Notes: generated by a model not told the origin, from the sequence alone. 64,000 bases of DNA from an uncultured Acidobacteriota bacterium (GCA_963804995.1 CAWDSK010000003.1:864001-928000); one strand, 5' to 3'; shown: positions 10,222-21,247, counted from the stretch's first letter. A program made the numbers and translations.

Positions 10222-12441
10222 TCAAAAGGTCCCACTTTGTCCATGATGATCGTAAAGACCACCCAGCAGGGGAACAGCCGTTTGGTCTTCCACGTGTGCG
10301 GTCGGAACGCCGGCGCCGGTCAATACGACGGGCAGTGGGGGTAGTGCATCCCCTTCGTGGGAGCCATCCGAAAATTGCTTCATCCTCTCCTGAACGTTTC
10401 TCCAGTATTGGTATTCGGCATCCCATTGCCCCAGGGCGGAGTCCATACGGTAAGGCGTGTATTCAGCAAGCCACTCACGCCGGTATATGGATCGAAGGCC
10501 CGTGAGCGTGTCCATTAAATCAACTAAACGGGAATGGTCGGGATACGTGACTTGCGATCCCCATTCGTTCCACCACAATTCGTCATTGGGGCGGCGGGGT
10601 CCGAGGTGTTGCCACATTGCTACCAGTTCCGGCGCCGTCTGAAACTTTTGTCCAGCGTAGTCGAGAAGCTGGCTGCCGAACAAAAGGCTCTCCAGCGTAA
10701 CGGGATCGCCTCCCCGCGCCAACGCCTCCTCAAGATGCTCTTCGGCATCTTCGGCTTTGAGCCGCGTCGCGCGCAGGTCAGCGAGATGCTCCGTGGTTCG
10801 CTTGAGCATTGCCGGAGAAAAAGGGTTCGCCCACATGGCCAGCATACTTTCATCACCGAGCACCTTCTGGAGCTCGAATTCCGATTCCGTCAGGTCTTTC
10901 AGGGCGGCGGCCACTTCCGGCGCAACCGTTGGAGCGTACAGGAGCCGTGCGTAATCCGAGAAAAATGCCTCTCGATCCATGGGCGCTGACTGCCAAGCTG
11001 CCGCCGCGCCATAAGCCATGCCCGGCCACGCTGTGCGCAGTAGATTCTGCGCGTCATCGGTCCAGATGGTATTAATCAAACCCATCGTGCCTGCCTTGCG
11101 CCCGGAGGCCAGAAACGTATCGATGTTTTCGAAGCTCCGCGCATAATCGGGCATAACCTGGTTCCAGCAGGTCACCCCGGTAGCGATCATATTCGGGATA
11201 TGTCCGGCGGCAAGCGGTCCCAGCCAATGCTCGTAGTGCGACTCGGGACCCGGGTCATACTCCCAAGCCACCGCAATGAGTCCGGGAGGAAGTTGGGAGA
11301 CTATCGCCGGATACTTCACCATGATGTCACCCCAGGCCATCACGGTTTTCCCATGCTGCTTAAAGAGATTGTCCACGTTGCTCAGTTGCCGGACGAACAA
11401 CTCCGCAGGCTGTGCGGCGGTCCCATGTTCCTGGGCCGCGATTTCAATCTGAAAGGTTTCGTCAAATCCAATGTGGACGAAGGGGCTGGGGAAGAGCCGC
11501 ACGAGCTGACTGACCCAGTCGGTGAGAAGCGTCATCACCTTCGGATTGCGAGGGTCGAACTCGGTGCCGTGGGGCAAGTCAGAGAGGTCCGAGTATTTCT
11601 CGACCCGGAATAAATCGTGGAGGTGGCCGAAAAGCTCGAGGCAAGGGACCACGTCAATGTGCCGCTCGCGCCCGTAAGCAATGATCCTTCGGACCTCATC
11701 CTGCGTGAACCGGCCTTCGGGATTGATGAGACGAAATCCCTTCAACTCGATACTCGCCTCACTGTAAAAGTAATATTGGTTGGATTTCCAGCGCGCCAGA
11801 AAATCAAGCTGGCGCTCGACTTCCTTTTCCGTGGGCAGCGCGCCGTGGCTCATATCCATCATCACGCCGCGATAAACCAGCGACGGCCAGTCTTTAATCT
11901 CCACGACAGGCAGAACCCCCTGCGCGCCCTTCCCTTCCACCAACTGTTCCAGCGTCTGAACTGCATAATACAATCCGGCCGATGAGCGGGCGCTGGCCTT
12001 CGCGCCATCCGCGGTGACCTTCAACGAATAGGCCTCGCGTGAGTCCGGCCCGGGGTGCTCGCCAGGAACCGGCAGCGCGTCGATGCCTCCCGTGCGCTCA
12101 AGGACTATTCCGTGCTCGCACCCGCCCCCTTCCCTAACGGGGATGGAAACTTCCGCTCGCGCCGACAGGACATTCGAAAGATCTTTGGCCGCAAACCGGT
12201 CTTCAGAGGCAGGGGTCGAAGCAAGGCAAATGGTTAGGCCCCGTAATGCCAACTTGCCGGCTCCATAATGGATTTCCTGCGGGCGGGGCAATAAGGGATT
12301 GTGCTCCGCCGCGCACGTACCGGGAAGGATCAATATCAGCACGAACAACATTCCAACGATTTTTCGAAACAGCGCCAGTGCGCAGAAGCCCTGCGAATAT
12401 AGGCGCGATCTCTGACTTTGTTTAAACGCCGATGAGGCCAT
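10222..12441 (-). CDS. Glycoside hydrolase family 20 (beta-N-acetylhexosaminidase-like)
   Basis: EAYSLKV, IKDWPSLVYRGVMMD and catalytic HIGFDE; start placed at the ATG after GGAGG. Confidence 0.88.
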   Translation of the reverse strand: MASSAFKQSQRSRLYSQGFCALALFRKIVGMLFVLILILPGTCAAEHNPLLPRPQEIHYGAGKLALRGLTICLASTPASEDRFAAKDLSNVLSARAEVSIPVREGGGCEHGIVLERTGGIDALPVPGEHPGPDSREAYSLKVTADGAKASARSSAGLYYAVQTLEQLVEGKGAQGVLPVVEIKDWPSLVYRGVMMDMSHGALPTEKEVERQLDFLARWKSNQYYFYSEASIELKGFRLINPEGRFTQDEVRRIIAYGRERHIDVVPCLELFGHLHDLFRVEKYSDLSDLPHGTEFDPRNPKVMTLLTDWVSQLVRLFPSPFVHIGFDETFQIEIAAQEHGTAAQPAELFVRQLSNVDNLFKQHGKTVMAWGDIMVKYPAIVSQLPPGLIAVAWEYDPGPESHYEHWLGPLAAGHIPNMIATGVTCWNQVMPDYARSFENIDTFLASGRKAGTMGLINTIWTDDAQNLLRTAWPGMAYGAAAAWQSAPMDREAFFSDYARLLYAPTVAPEVAAALKDLTESEFELQKVLGDESMLAMWANPFSPAMLKRTTEHLADLRATRLKAEDAEEHLEEALARGGDPVTLESLLFGSQLLDYAGQKFQTAPELVAMWQHLGPRRPNDELWWNEWGSQVTYPDHSRLVDLMDTLTGLRSIYRREWLAEYTPYRMDSALGQWDAEYQYWRNVQERMKQFSDGSHEGDALPPLPVVLTGAGVPTAHVEDQTAVPLLGGLYDHHGQSGTF

Positions 12442-12575
12442 GCTTCCTCCGATGCGACCTGGGGTGGGAAATTCGAACTCGGTTCTTTGTGTTGCCAGCG
12501 GATCAATTCGAGTCTGGCTCATCAAAAGCCTGGACGCTTTCCCCCAACGGTTTTGAGGCCTGCATAATACAACTA

Positions 12576-12804
12576 ACTAGTGTCCTGAGTCAGAAGTTCG
12601 CTGACAAAGTCTCACTGGCTTCAAAGGGGACCCCCTCACCCGTCCCGCCCCGGCTGATGAAAACGCCGGCGGCGGGCCACCCTCTCCCCCAAGGGGGCGA
12701 GGGCAGTAATTTCAAATGAACTCTCCCCTCGCCCCCTTGGGGGAGAGGGGCCGGGGGGAGGGGGTTTTCCAATAATCAGCGAACTTCTGACTCAGGACAC
12801 TAGT
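12576..12804. mobile_element. MITE with perfect 29-bp inverted ends (CTAG-bounded, IS630-like) carrying a REP-like core
   Basis: ACTAGTGTCCTGAGTCAGAAGTTCGCTGA ... TCAGCGAACTTCTGACTCAGGACACTAGT; core CCCCTCACCCGTCCCGCCCCGGCTGATGAAAACGCCGGCGGC shared with 14102, 30778 and 58020. Confidence 0.8.
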
Positions 12805-12838
12805 GTTCGAGCTTACTAGATCCAGCGGACGCCCGCAG

Positions 12839-14071
12839 CTATCTAAACTCTCTCCAGGCTTCGATCATGGCTTCGACGCTCGACCAGGGCGTATCGGGAT
12901 CAAGCGAGCATACCGGCGCCAGTATAAATCCTGTGGGTCCCAATTGCTGGATGGCCTTCTCCACTGCCTGCCGAATCTCCTCCCGCGAGCCGCCATGCAA
13001 CGTCACGGCGTTGCTGATTCCTCCGGCCACGGCCAGGCGTCCTCGGAATTTATCTTTAACGTCTGCCAGACTGCCGCGCTCTTTCGTCGGGTCAACATAG
13101 AAGAGCAGATCAATATTTGCCGCCAGTAGTTGCTCGGCCATATGCAGCGCTCCTGTGGTCATGACATAGATGAAGAGGGCGCCCGCCTGGTGCGTCAAGT
13201 GGGACATGCGCTCGATGCCTGGCGTCAGGAAGCGCTGGAAGAGAGCTGGAGACCAGAAGTCCGTTGAGCTGTACCAACCATATTGCACAACCGCGTCCAC
13301 CCCGCCCACCTCCAACATCATCTCCGTCCGCCGCCGGTCAAAGTCGTAAATCAGGTCGACGAGTTCCTGGAAAAAGTCTGGCTCGGTCATGGCGGCCAGG
13401 ATCGCGCGCTCAACCCCACACAATTGCGTTATGGCGTCCATGCCGAAGGCGCTCCAACCCAGGACCAGCACGCCCAACTCTTGGGCGAATTGCCGGACCC
13501 TGGTCATCCTGGCGCGGTACTCGGCGAGTTGACTGGCACTGGGGTCCCGCAAAAGGTAGCGCAGCTTGGGAAGATCTTCGGGGCCTACCACCGCGTGCCG
13601 CACGCCGCGCGACACATTGAAGTCCTCAAACAACGCGACGTGGCCGGGCTGCACCACCCAGCCCGGAGCACGTTGTTCATCCGTCCGCCGAACCACGTGG
13701 CGCAGCGTTCCCGCTGGAGTGTCGTATTCGCGGCACAGCAGCCAATAGCGCTCCGAGGGCGTGGGCGGTTCCTGCCAATCGCGGATTCGCACATGCGGGT
13801 GGATTCCCCAAGGGGGCGCGACCTCCAGCACATCGTCTACGCCGAGGCTTGCCCAGCGGCGGACGCGCTCCACATCATGCTCAACGCTCCACGGCTCCGG
13901 CCACGTATGATCGTGCTCCTGGCGCATGGAGTACCAGTGCCGGACTTCCCGGCTGTTCTGCTGCCATCGTAAGTAAGGGGGAACCCCGACGCCAAAGCAC
14001 TGGCAGTAGAGAGGAATATGATCCGGCTTCTCATGCTTGATCGCGGCCAGTAAACGCTCGCGGGAATTCAT
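12839..14071 (-). CDS. Uroporphyrinogen decarboxylase (URO-D/MtaA) family protein
   Basis: MNSRERLLAAIKHEKPDHIP N-terminus; GGISN, GFILAPVCS..PWSSVEAM C-terminus. Confidence 0.85.
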   Translation of the reverse strand: MNSRERLLAAIKHEKPDHIPLYCQCFGVGVPPYLRWQQNSREVRHWYSMRQEHDHTWPEPWSVEHDVERVRRWASLGVDDVLEVAPPWGIHPHVRIRDWQEPPTPSERYWLLCREYDTPAGTLRHVVRRTDEQRAPGWVVQPGHVALFEDFNVSRGVRHAVVGPEDLPKLRYLLRDPSASQLAEYRARMTRVRQFAQELGVLVLGWSAFGMDAITQLCGVERAILAAMTEPDFFQELVDLIYDFDRRRTEMMLEVGGVDAVVQYGWYSSTDFWSPALFQRFLTPGIERMSHLTHQAGALFIYVMTTGALHMAEQLLAANIDLLFYVDPTKERGSLADVKDKFRGRLAVAGGISNAVTLHGGSREEIRQAVEKAIQQLGPTGFILAPVCSLDPDTPWSSVEAMIEAWREFR

Positions 14072-14101
14072 GGGGTTTCGATCTCCAAGACTCCTGGCAA
14101 T

Positions 14102-14313
14102 CTAGTGTGGTGTCCCGGTTAATATTTGACAAGGCTGTCCGACCCCCTCACCCCCCAGCCCCTCTGTCGCCGCGGCGACCGAGGGGGGAGTTAATTTTCT
14201 TACCCTCGCCCCTTTGGGGGAGAGGGTGGACCGCCGCCGGCGTTTTCATCAGCCGGGGCGGGACGGGTGAGGGGGTCGCGAATAATCAACGAATTTCTGA
14301 CTCAGGACACTAG
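14102..14313. mobile_element. CTAG-bounded MITE with two different ends and the same REP-like core
   Basis: Left CTAGTGTGGTGTCCCGGTTAATATTTGAC (as at 30778); right GAATTTCTGACTCAGGACACTAG (as at 12576-12804). Confidence 0.75.
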
Positions 14314-14352
14314 TTTCTGAGTGACGATGCAACGTGCGGAGTTGCAAGCACC

Positions 14353-17028
14353 TCATGGCTCAAGGGTGGTTTTGGGTACGTTCCATCCCTCCACTTCAAT
14401 CACGGGCGCGGCTCCCTCTAAATCCTGCCTCCGATAACTGGCACTGACCTCCCGCTTCTCCCCCGGCATCAAGGAAAGATAGTTGTCCTCCCACAAAATG
14501 AGCGCCACTTCTTCCCCTTGCGGCCCCTTCTTGATTCCCACGTGCACAAAAAACGCCAGGTGGTTCGTGGGATTCTCAATCGTGACGGTGGTGCGGTCTT
14601 CATCTCCCTGCTGCTCCGTGCGGCTTTCCGCTTTTAACGGCACAGCGGGCAATCCCTGAAGACCGCTCAGATCCCCGAAGGAGAGGGTGGGTGTGTACCA
14701 ATAAAAGTGCTCGTTTGCCCATTCCACCACATCCGGCTTGGTAGAGAGCCAATAAAAGTTGGTGCTCGCTAAGTGGCCGTCCGCGTCCTCGAGCCTGAGC
14801 CTGACGAAGTAGGCGGTAGAGAGACCTGCCAGTTCTGGAATGGTCACCACCTTGGTGGAGCTGTCAGCGGGAACGTCCACCGTAGTTTCGCGAGAGAATT
14901 GCGGCGTCAAATCCAGATTGTAGACTTCCGCCCTCGCCTTCAGGTTTTGGAACCCGTGGTAGGCCGAGTTCACCACCACGATGGACCGATCGTCATAAGA
15001 GTATTGGATATGCAAAGGCTCGCAGGCCTTCTTGGTGCCGAAGTAGCCTCCCCCGGGGTAGAGATAATAGTCGTAAAGGTGAAACATCACGGAAGGCCAG
15101 GCGTTGTTCAGCATTTGCCGCAAAATTCCCGTGGAGGTGTATTTGTTCCGCGCATAGGCCTCGTACATGGCGCGCTCACCTTCGTAGGCAATGACTTGAC
15201 CCTTCATGACGAAGTCTTCGAGACCCTTGGCCTGTCCGTAACGCGCATCCATGGCCCGTGTAAAGAGTGAGAGGTTGAGGTACGGCTCGCCCGCGATGTG
15301 CAGGTTCCAGTAATCGTTGAGGGGCCACACGTGATCTTCCGGCAAGAACTTGCGAAGGCTTTGGACGGGCGGGATCGTGGGGCCGGGGCTCGTCTCCGTG
15401 TTGAAGCCGAATGCCCCGCCGCGATGCTTGTCCATCAGCCAGTACGACGGCGGAATGTAGCCGTAGGGCCCGCGCATCTTGACTCCCGTCGGACCCGTCA
15501 GAGAGGTGGCAGTTTCGGTGGCCGAGGAAAGGTAGGGGTTCGGCCAGTTCTCCTCTTTGAGCACTTTGATGTATTGCCCTTCCACCGTGGCGGAAGGCGG
15601 CTTGTTGTCGGCATTCAGCCAAGCCAGAAGACAAGGATGGTTCCGGAAGCGGCGAATCTGGTCGCGCAGGGACTCCGGCCCCACGGTGTATTCCTCGCCC
15701 TTCCACTCTTTCCACCTTTCCCAGTGGTCACAACAGCACCACCCTGGCAGCAGCAAAATGCCGGCACGGTCACACAGATTCAAAAAGTTTTCGTCCTCCA
15801 GCTTTCCATCCATGCGAATGGCATTCAGATGCATGTCTTTGACATAGCGGATTTCCGCCTCCTGCCTCGCTGCGGAGGGCCGCAAGAGCATGTCAGACCA
15901 CCACCCGGCGCCGCGAATCAGCAACTTCTGCCCGTTGACTCGGAATAGCCGATAACCCTTGTCCGTCAGTTCCGAGCTGACTTCGCGAATGCCAAACGGC
16001 ACGGCTTGCCGGTCTGACACCTGGCCCTTGAGTTCGCAGGTGAGTTGGAGGTCATAGAGATTTTGCTCGCCCATCTGCCAGGGCCACCAGATACGCGGAC
16101 GGGATAGGTTGAGCCGGGGGAACCGTTCGGGGGTGAACGTCACCACGCTTGACTCCCGAGGGCCGAGGGCGAAGGGTTGCGTGAATTCCGCATCCGCGAT
16201 TTGGCCCCTCAAGACTCCCTGGACCGCCCCCCCACTGGTGTTCCTCAACTCCGCCGTCACCGTCAGATGAGCCGTCTCCAAAGAAGGTAAATCCAGGTGC
16301 GTGACCACTTGCGGGTGACGAAGGGCAACCGGCCCGCTGGTGGTGATGTAGACCTCGTGCCAGATGCCCATGTTCTTGTCAGGAGGGCCCGGGTTCACGT
16401 TCACCCAATTGATCGACAGGTTGTCCGGCTGCGGCGGGAAAATTTCGACAGCCAGAACGTTCGCTGCTCCAACCTTTGCGCCCTCCGTGATGTTGAATTC
16501 AAAAACGCGATAGGCGCCCGCCACCTTTTTGGAATCCGCGATCTGGCGGCCGTTGAGCCAGATGTTGGCCCGATAATTGATGCCCTCGAAGTCCAGCCAA
16601 ATCTGCTTCCCTTGAGCAGCGGTGGGAATCTGGAACTCCGTGCGATACCACCAGGGGACGCGATAGGGGCTGTCGGGCGGCATGAGGTGGTTTGAAAAGT
16701 TCTCCGTGATGCTGCTTCCCACGGGATAGTCGGTTCCCGGGAGGAGCCGCATGTTCAGGCCGAAATAGGGATCGGGAACGACCCGGTTGTCAACAAGGGC
16801 AGCGAGTACCGTGGAGGGTATGGAGGTAGGGTACCAACCCTGGGGCGTGAATCCTGATGCGGAAATGATTTCCGGTTTCTCCTGGACTTTCGCCGACGAT
16901 TGAATCATCCATCCGGCCTTGAGGTATTGTCTCGAACTGGGTTCGTTCTCACTCTGCGCTTTGGCCAACCCACCCAGCACCGCCAACATCACCCATGCGG
17001 TCGCAAGTAAGCGATATGACTTCGTCAT
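14353..17028 (-). CDS. Glycoside hydrolase family 2 (exo-beta-D-glucosaminidase / beta-mannosidase-like)
   Basis: Signal peptide; LDFEGINYRANIWLNG, FGIREV, RNHPCLLAW, GFNTETSPG, MLNNAWPS motifs. Confidence 0.9.
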   Translation of the reverse strand: MTKSYRLLATAWVMLAVLGGLAKAQSENEPSSRQYLKAGWMIQSSAKVQEKPEIISASGFTPQGWYPTSIPSTVLAALVDNRVVPDPYFGLNMRLLPGTDYPVGSSITENFSNHLMPPDSPYRVPWWYRTEFQIPTAAQGKQIWLDFEGINYRANIWLNGRQIADSKKVAGAYRVFEFNITEGAKVGAANVLAVEIFPPQPDNLSINWVNVNPGPPDKNMGIWHEVYITTSGPVALRHPQVVTHLDLPSLETAHLTVTAELRNTSGGAVQGVLRGQIADAEFTQPFALGPRESSVVTFTPERFPRLNLSRPRIWWPWQMGEQNLYDLQLTCELKGQVSDRQAVPFGIREVSSELTDKGYRLFRVNGQKLLIRGAGWWSDMLLRPSAARQEAEIRYVKDMHLNAIRMDGKLEDENFLNLCDRAGILLLPGWCCCDHWERWKEWKGEEYTVGPESLRDQIRRFRNHPCLLAWLNADNKPPSATVEGQYIKVLKEENWPNPYLSSATETATSLTGPTGVKMRGPYGYIPPSYWLMDKHRGGAFGFNTETSPGPTIPPVQSLRKFLPEDHVWPLNDYWNLHIAGEPYLNLSLFTRAMDARYGQAKGLEDFVMKGQVIAYEGERAMYEAYARNKYTSTGILRQMLNNAWPSVMFHLYDYYLYPGGGYFGTKKACEPLHIQYSYDDRSIVVVNSAYHGFQNLKARAEVYNLDLTPQFSRETTVDVPADSSTKVVTIPELAGLSTAYFVRLRLEDADGHLASTNFYWLSTKPDVVEWANEHFYWYTPTLSFGDLSGLQGLPAVPLKAESRTEQQGDEDRTTVTIENPTNHLAFFVHVGIKKGPQGEEVALILWEDNYLSLMPGEKREVSASYRRQDLEGAAPVIEVEGWNVPKTTLEP

Positions 17029-17197
17029 GAGTCCCCCATACTTCACCTGGAATCTTCTTCTTCAACGCTATTTTCAACATTGAGTAATCTCTTCGCCGGG
17101 TCTTATACACCCGTCCCGTGTCAACTAAAAGCGTATTTTGGTGGTGGTGTCATTTGGGAGGTGGAGGATCGGCTGAAACTTGTTGTCGAGGGGCGGT

Positions 17198-18404
17198 TCA
17201 GGCTGCGGGGGCGGCTGACAAGACCCTCACGGTCTCTCGCGCCACCATCAATTCTTCATTCGTGAAAACCACGAGAAGGGTTACGGGCGAGCCGGCTGTG
17301 GAAATGATGCGGTCCCCACGCGCGGGCAACCGGTTAGTTTCCTGGTCCAAGTTGATCCCCAGGAATTCCATTCCAGAACAAACCTGCTCGCGCGTGCGCC
17401 AGGAGTTTTCTCCGATGCCGCCTGCAAAGGCTACGGCGTCAAGCCCGCCCATGGCGGCCGCGTACGCTCCGAGATGCTTTTTTATTTGATAGATGTATAC
17501 GGCAAGCGCCGTCGCGGCGCGCGTGTGCCCTTCGGCAGCGGCTTGCTCAAGATCCCGCAGGTCGTTGCTGAGGCCGGAGATTCCCGCCAGGCCGCCCTGC
17601 TTACAGAGCAGGCACCCCATTTCAGCCGGACCCAGCTTCTCCTGATCCATGACCCGCAACACCACAAACGCGTCCAGGTCTCCCGCCCGTGAGGATTGCT
17701 CCAGTCCCGACTGCGGTGAAAATCCATGGCTGATATCCACGGACTTGCCGTTGTGGATGGCGCAGATTGACGAACTTCCGCCCAAATGGCAGGAGATGAG
17801 GCGCAAGCCCTCGGCCGAGCGGTTGAGAAGTTGCGGCACGCGCTGCGCAATATAGCGGTGCGATGAGCCATGAAAGCCGTAGCGCCGCACACCATATTTT
17901 TCACGCCATTCGTGAGGCACGCCGTAAAACGAAGCCCGGTCCGGAAGGGTTGAGTGAAACCCCGTTTCAAATACCGCCACCATGGGCACGCCGGGGAGAA
18001 GTTCGCGGAAGATCTGCATCGCCTGAATGTAAATAGGATTATGGACCGGCGCCACGGGAACAAAATCCTGCATGGCGGTAAGCAGCTTGTCGTTGACAAG
18101 GAAACTGCCGCAATAGTGCGGGCCGCCGTGCACAGCCTTGAATCCCACGGCGGCAATCCCTTGATTCGAGGCGCCCCCGCACGCCCGCGAGACGATCGAC
18201 CAGAATCTTGATGGCGGCCCGGTGATCGGGAATCTGGGCCGTGCTCCGTGATTCCTCCGTCATACCGCTCTGCCAAGTGATGACCTGCGATTCGGTGCCG
18301 CCGATGCGGTCGATCTTGCCGCGCGCCAGGACGGTTTCATTGTCAGTTTCAATGAGCTGATACTTCAGCGAGGTCGAGCCGAGATTGGGAACCAGAATTC
18401 GCAT
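17198..18404 (-). CDS. ackA: Acetate/propionate kinase; +1 frameshift in a G run near 18176
   Basis: ILVPNLGSTSLKYQL, GFKAVHGG, APVHN, RRYGFHGSSH, HLGG, FAGGIGEN and TNEE motifs across two ORFs. Confidence 0.9.
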
Positions 18405-18434
18405 GACGACTCTCCTTGCCTTATGAAAGCCCGT

Positions 18435-18521
18435 GTAGCGCGGACCTGTCTTGTAGGTCCGCGGCTCGTTCCGTAGGGGGGCGAGGAAAAGCCGCGGACC
18501 TACAAGACAGGTCCGCGCTAC
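18435..18521. repeat. GTAG-type REP doublet
   Basis: GTAGCGCGGACCTGTCTTGTAGGTCCGCGGCT ... AGCCGCGGACCTACAAGACAGGTCCGCGCTAC; related copies near 26828, 29581, 38028 and 59584. Confidence 0.8.
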
Positions 18522-18611
18522 GCTTCTCGCTGGCCACGTGGTCACCGTAGCGGCAAGTTTACCTCGCCATGTGGCGGCGTCCCGATTAGACCGGGATGAA
18601 TTCCGTCGCCT

Positions 18612-19532
18612 CTACGAAGGCTGCCGCTGGTGATGCATGGCGAGAAGGGCCAGGCAGATGGAATGAATCTTCGTCTCCGGCGGTTCGGCCCGGGATAGCA
18701 AGACCAGCGGCACGCGAGCGCCCATGATGATGCCACCGGACTGGCCTCCCGCGAAATAGGTTATGGCGCGATAGAGAATGTTTGCTGCTTCGATATTAGG
18801 CGCAATGAAAACATCCGTGGCCTCCACGACGGGGCTTTGGATGGATTTCCGTTCGGCGGCGAATCGGCTGAGCGGCACATCCAGCGCCAAGGGGCCTTCG
18901 AGGTAAGCGCCCGAAATTTGTCCACGCCGATTCATTTGCACCAGCGCCGCCGCATCCACGGTGGCAGGCATGGCGGCGTTAACGAATTCCAGCGCGGTGA
19001 GCAGCACCACCTTCGGGTTCGCTGATGCCGAGGGCGTGCGCGACATCGATGGCGTTGCGGCAGATGTCGGCCTTCTGCTCCAGCGTGGGGGCAATGTTGA
19101 TCGCGGCGTCGGTCATGACCATCAGCCGCGGTATCCCCGGCGCCTGGAACACAATCACCTGGCTCAACAGTTTCCCGGTTCGCAGGCCGTGTTCCTTATC
19201 GAGAACCCCGCGAATCAGGTGGGCCGTGGTTACTTTTCCCTTCATCACCAGATCCGCTTTGCCTTCTCTCACCAGACCCATCGATTGCTGAATCGAGGCT
19301 TCCTCACTCGGGCGTGGAAAGGAGCATCTCCGGGCGCAGTTTATAGCCGACTTTATTCGCCGCCACTTCAATTTTGGCCGGATTGCCAACCAATATCGCC
19401 TCTGCCAGCCCCAGCGGTTCTGCCTGCGCCAGGCTCTCCAGCACGTCAGGGTCATGCGCCTCGACGACGGCAATCCGCGCGGGTCCGTATTGTTCGAGCC
19501 TGCTCAATCAGTTCGTGGAAGTTTTGAATCAT
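18612..19532 (-). CDS. Phosphate butyryl/acetyltransferase (Ptb-like); three +1 frameshifts (~19493, ~19320, ~19016)
   Basis: Reconstructed MIQNFHELIEQARQYGPARIAVVEAHD...ADLVMKGKVTT...TDAAINIAP...EGPLALD...PNIEAAN...GARVPLVLLSRA. Confidence 0.85.
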
Positions 19533-19661
19533 TGGGCCATCCTCGCCGAGGCACACAACCCCTGCACATTCACCTCGCACTGCAGAATTGCCAAGTGGAG
19601 AGTTGCTTCTCAGACGCTGTCATCTGACGGCGCCATAACCTGGATTTCGCACTACGGGTTT

Positions 19662-19852
19662 GGAAGGGCGGGGCTTTACAGGTTGCGGAAAAACTCCTCA
19701 CCCCGTCATCCTGAGGAGGCGAAGCCGGTCCTGAGCATAGCGAAGGAAGGACCTCTGTATTTGCCTGAATGTTCAAATACGGGGGTCCTTCGCTTCGCTC
19801 AGGATGACACCATGGGGGCGTTATTCCGTAACCGCTGAAGCCCCGCCCTTCC
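19662..19852. repeat. Nested composite repeat (REP, then IS-like ends, then REP, then a short insert)
   Basis: GGAAGGGCGGGGCTT/AAGCCCCGCCCTTCC outside; CAGGTTGCGGAAAAAC/GTTATTCCGTAACCGCTG; GTCATCCTGAG/CTCAGGATGAC inside. Confidence 0.7.
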
Positions 19853-19893
19853 GGCAGCCCCCACGACTCTTTAAGCATTTTGAGAAACCCGGG

Positions 19894-21130
19894 TTAACTG
19901 GCTTTGGCAGCCTGGCTCAGCACCCGGTCCACGATGGCTCGGAATTCGCTCTCGGTGAGCAGATCCTTCTTCTCGAAAGATTTTTCTTTGATCAGGCGCA
20001 CCATCTCCATCATCTGCTCTTCGTTCGCTGCGAGGTTTAGCTTCTCACACCACTCCTGAACGGAGGCCAGTCCACTGTTTTTGCCCAGCACAATTGAGAC
20101 CGGTTGCTGCCCCACCAATTCCGGAGCGAACGGAACGAACTCGAGAGGGTGCTTGGCGCGGGCCTTGCGGACGAATCCCGCCACGATTCCCGATTCCACC
20201 TGATAGAGCATGTCGCCCACGATCGGCCGGTTCCCGGGGATGTGCACCTTGGCCAGGTCCAGAACGAAGCGCGAGGTCTCACACATCTTCTCCGTGCGGA
20301 TGCCCAGGTTCACGCCATACTGGCAAAGGAGGGAGAGCACCACGTCTTCCATGGGAACGTTGCCGGCGCGCTCGCCCAGGCCGGTGATGGTGGTGTGCGC
20401 CACGCTGGCTCCCGCCGCCAGCGCATAGATGGTGTTGGCCACGCCCAGTCCGAAATCCTGATGGCAGTGAATCTCCACGGGCTTCTTCAGGCGTTTGACG
20501 GCCTTCTTCACCACGTGGTAAACCGCTTCCGGCGTGCATCCGCCAAAGCTGTCGGCGATGGTGAAGGCATCCATGTGGCCTTCCGTCGCCACGCGCTCCA
20601 CCAGGTCGAGCAAACGCTCCACTTCCGTGCGAGTGGAGTCGATGGTGAAGAAGACCGTGTACAGGCCGGCTTCCTTGGCGGCCTGCGTCGCCTCAATGGA
20701 AGACTTTCATGGCGCGTTCGAGCGGCCATCCGTAGGCGTTCTTGATGATGTGTTCGCTGGACGGAATCTCAACGATCACGCCCTTGCAGCCACACTCCTT
20801 GGCGGCTTTGATGTCGTCAATCACACAACGCGCAAAAGAAAAGATTTGCGCCTTAAGTCCCAGGCTGGCGATGTCGCTGATTGCCGCCCGGTCCTGAGGA
20901 GACACGGCCGGCATCCCCGCCTCGATGCGATGCACGCCCATGGCGTCCAGCCGCTTGGCGATCTCCACCTTCTCTTCCCGGCGGAATACCACGGCCGTCT
21001 GCTGTTCGCCATCGCGCAGGGTCACATCGTGAATCTTGATCTTTGAGGGAAACTTGAATCCCTTGCGAACTTCGGGTAAATAACACCAAGGGCTGACAAA
21101 CCACTTCTTGGTCTTCCACGGCTGTTGCAT
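19894..21130 (-). CDS. DRE-TIM metallolyase (isopropylmalate/homocitrate synthase-like, no regulatory domain); +1 frameshift near 20701
   Basis: DVTLRDGEQ, HCHQDFG, GLGERAGN and LGKNSG motifs. Confidence 0.88.
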
Positions 21131-21247
21131 GACAACCTCCAACGGAATTTATGAAAGCGAGACTTCCCGGGGCTTCCCATCCGGAACCCTGGGCAGGTGC
21201 GATTGTACACCGGCTCAGGCAAATTAGGGGTAGTTACTGCTGGGCGG

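Noticed and set aside
17198..21130. Programmed frameshifting or pseudogenisation of ackA, ptb and the DRE-TIM gene
   Set aside because: No slippery heptamers or stimulatory structures seen; the indels are one-base homopolymer extensions like those across the window, so sequencing error is more parsimonious.
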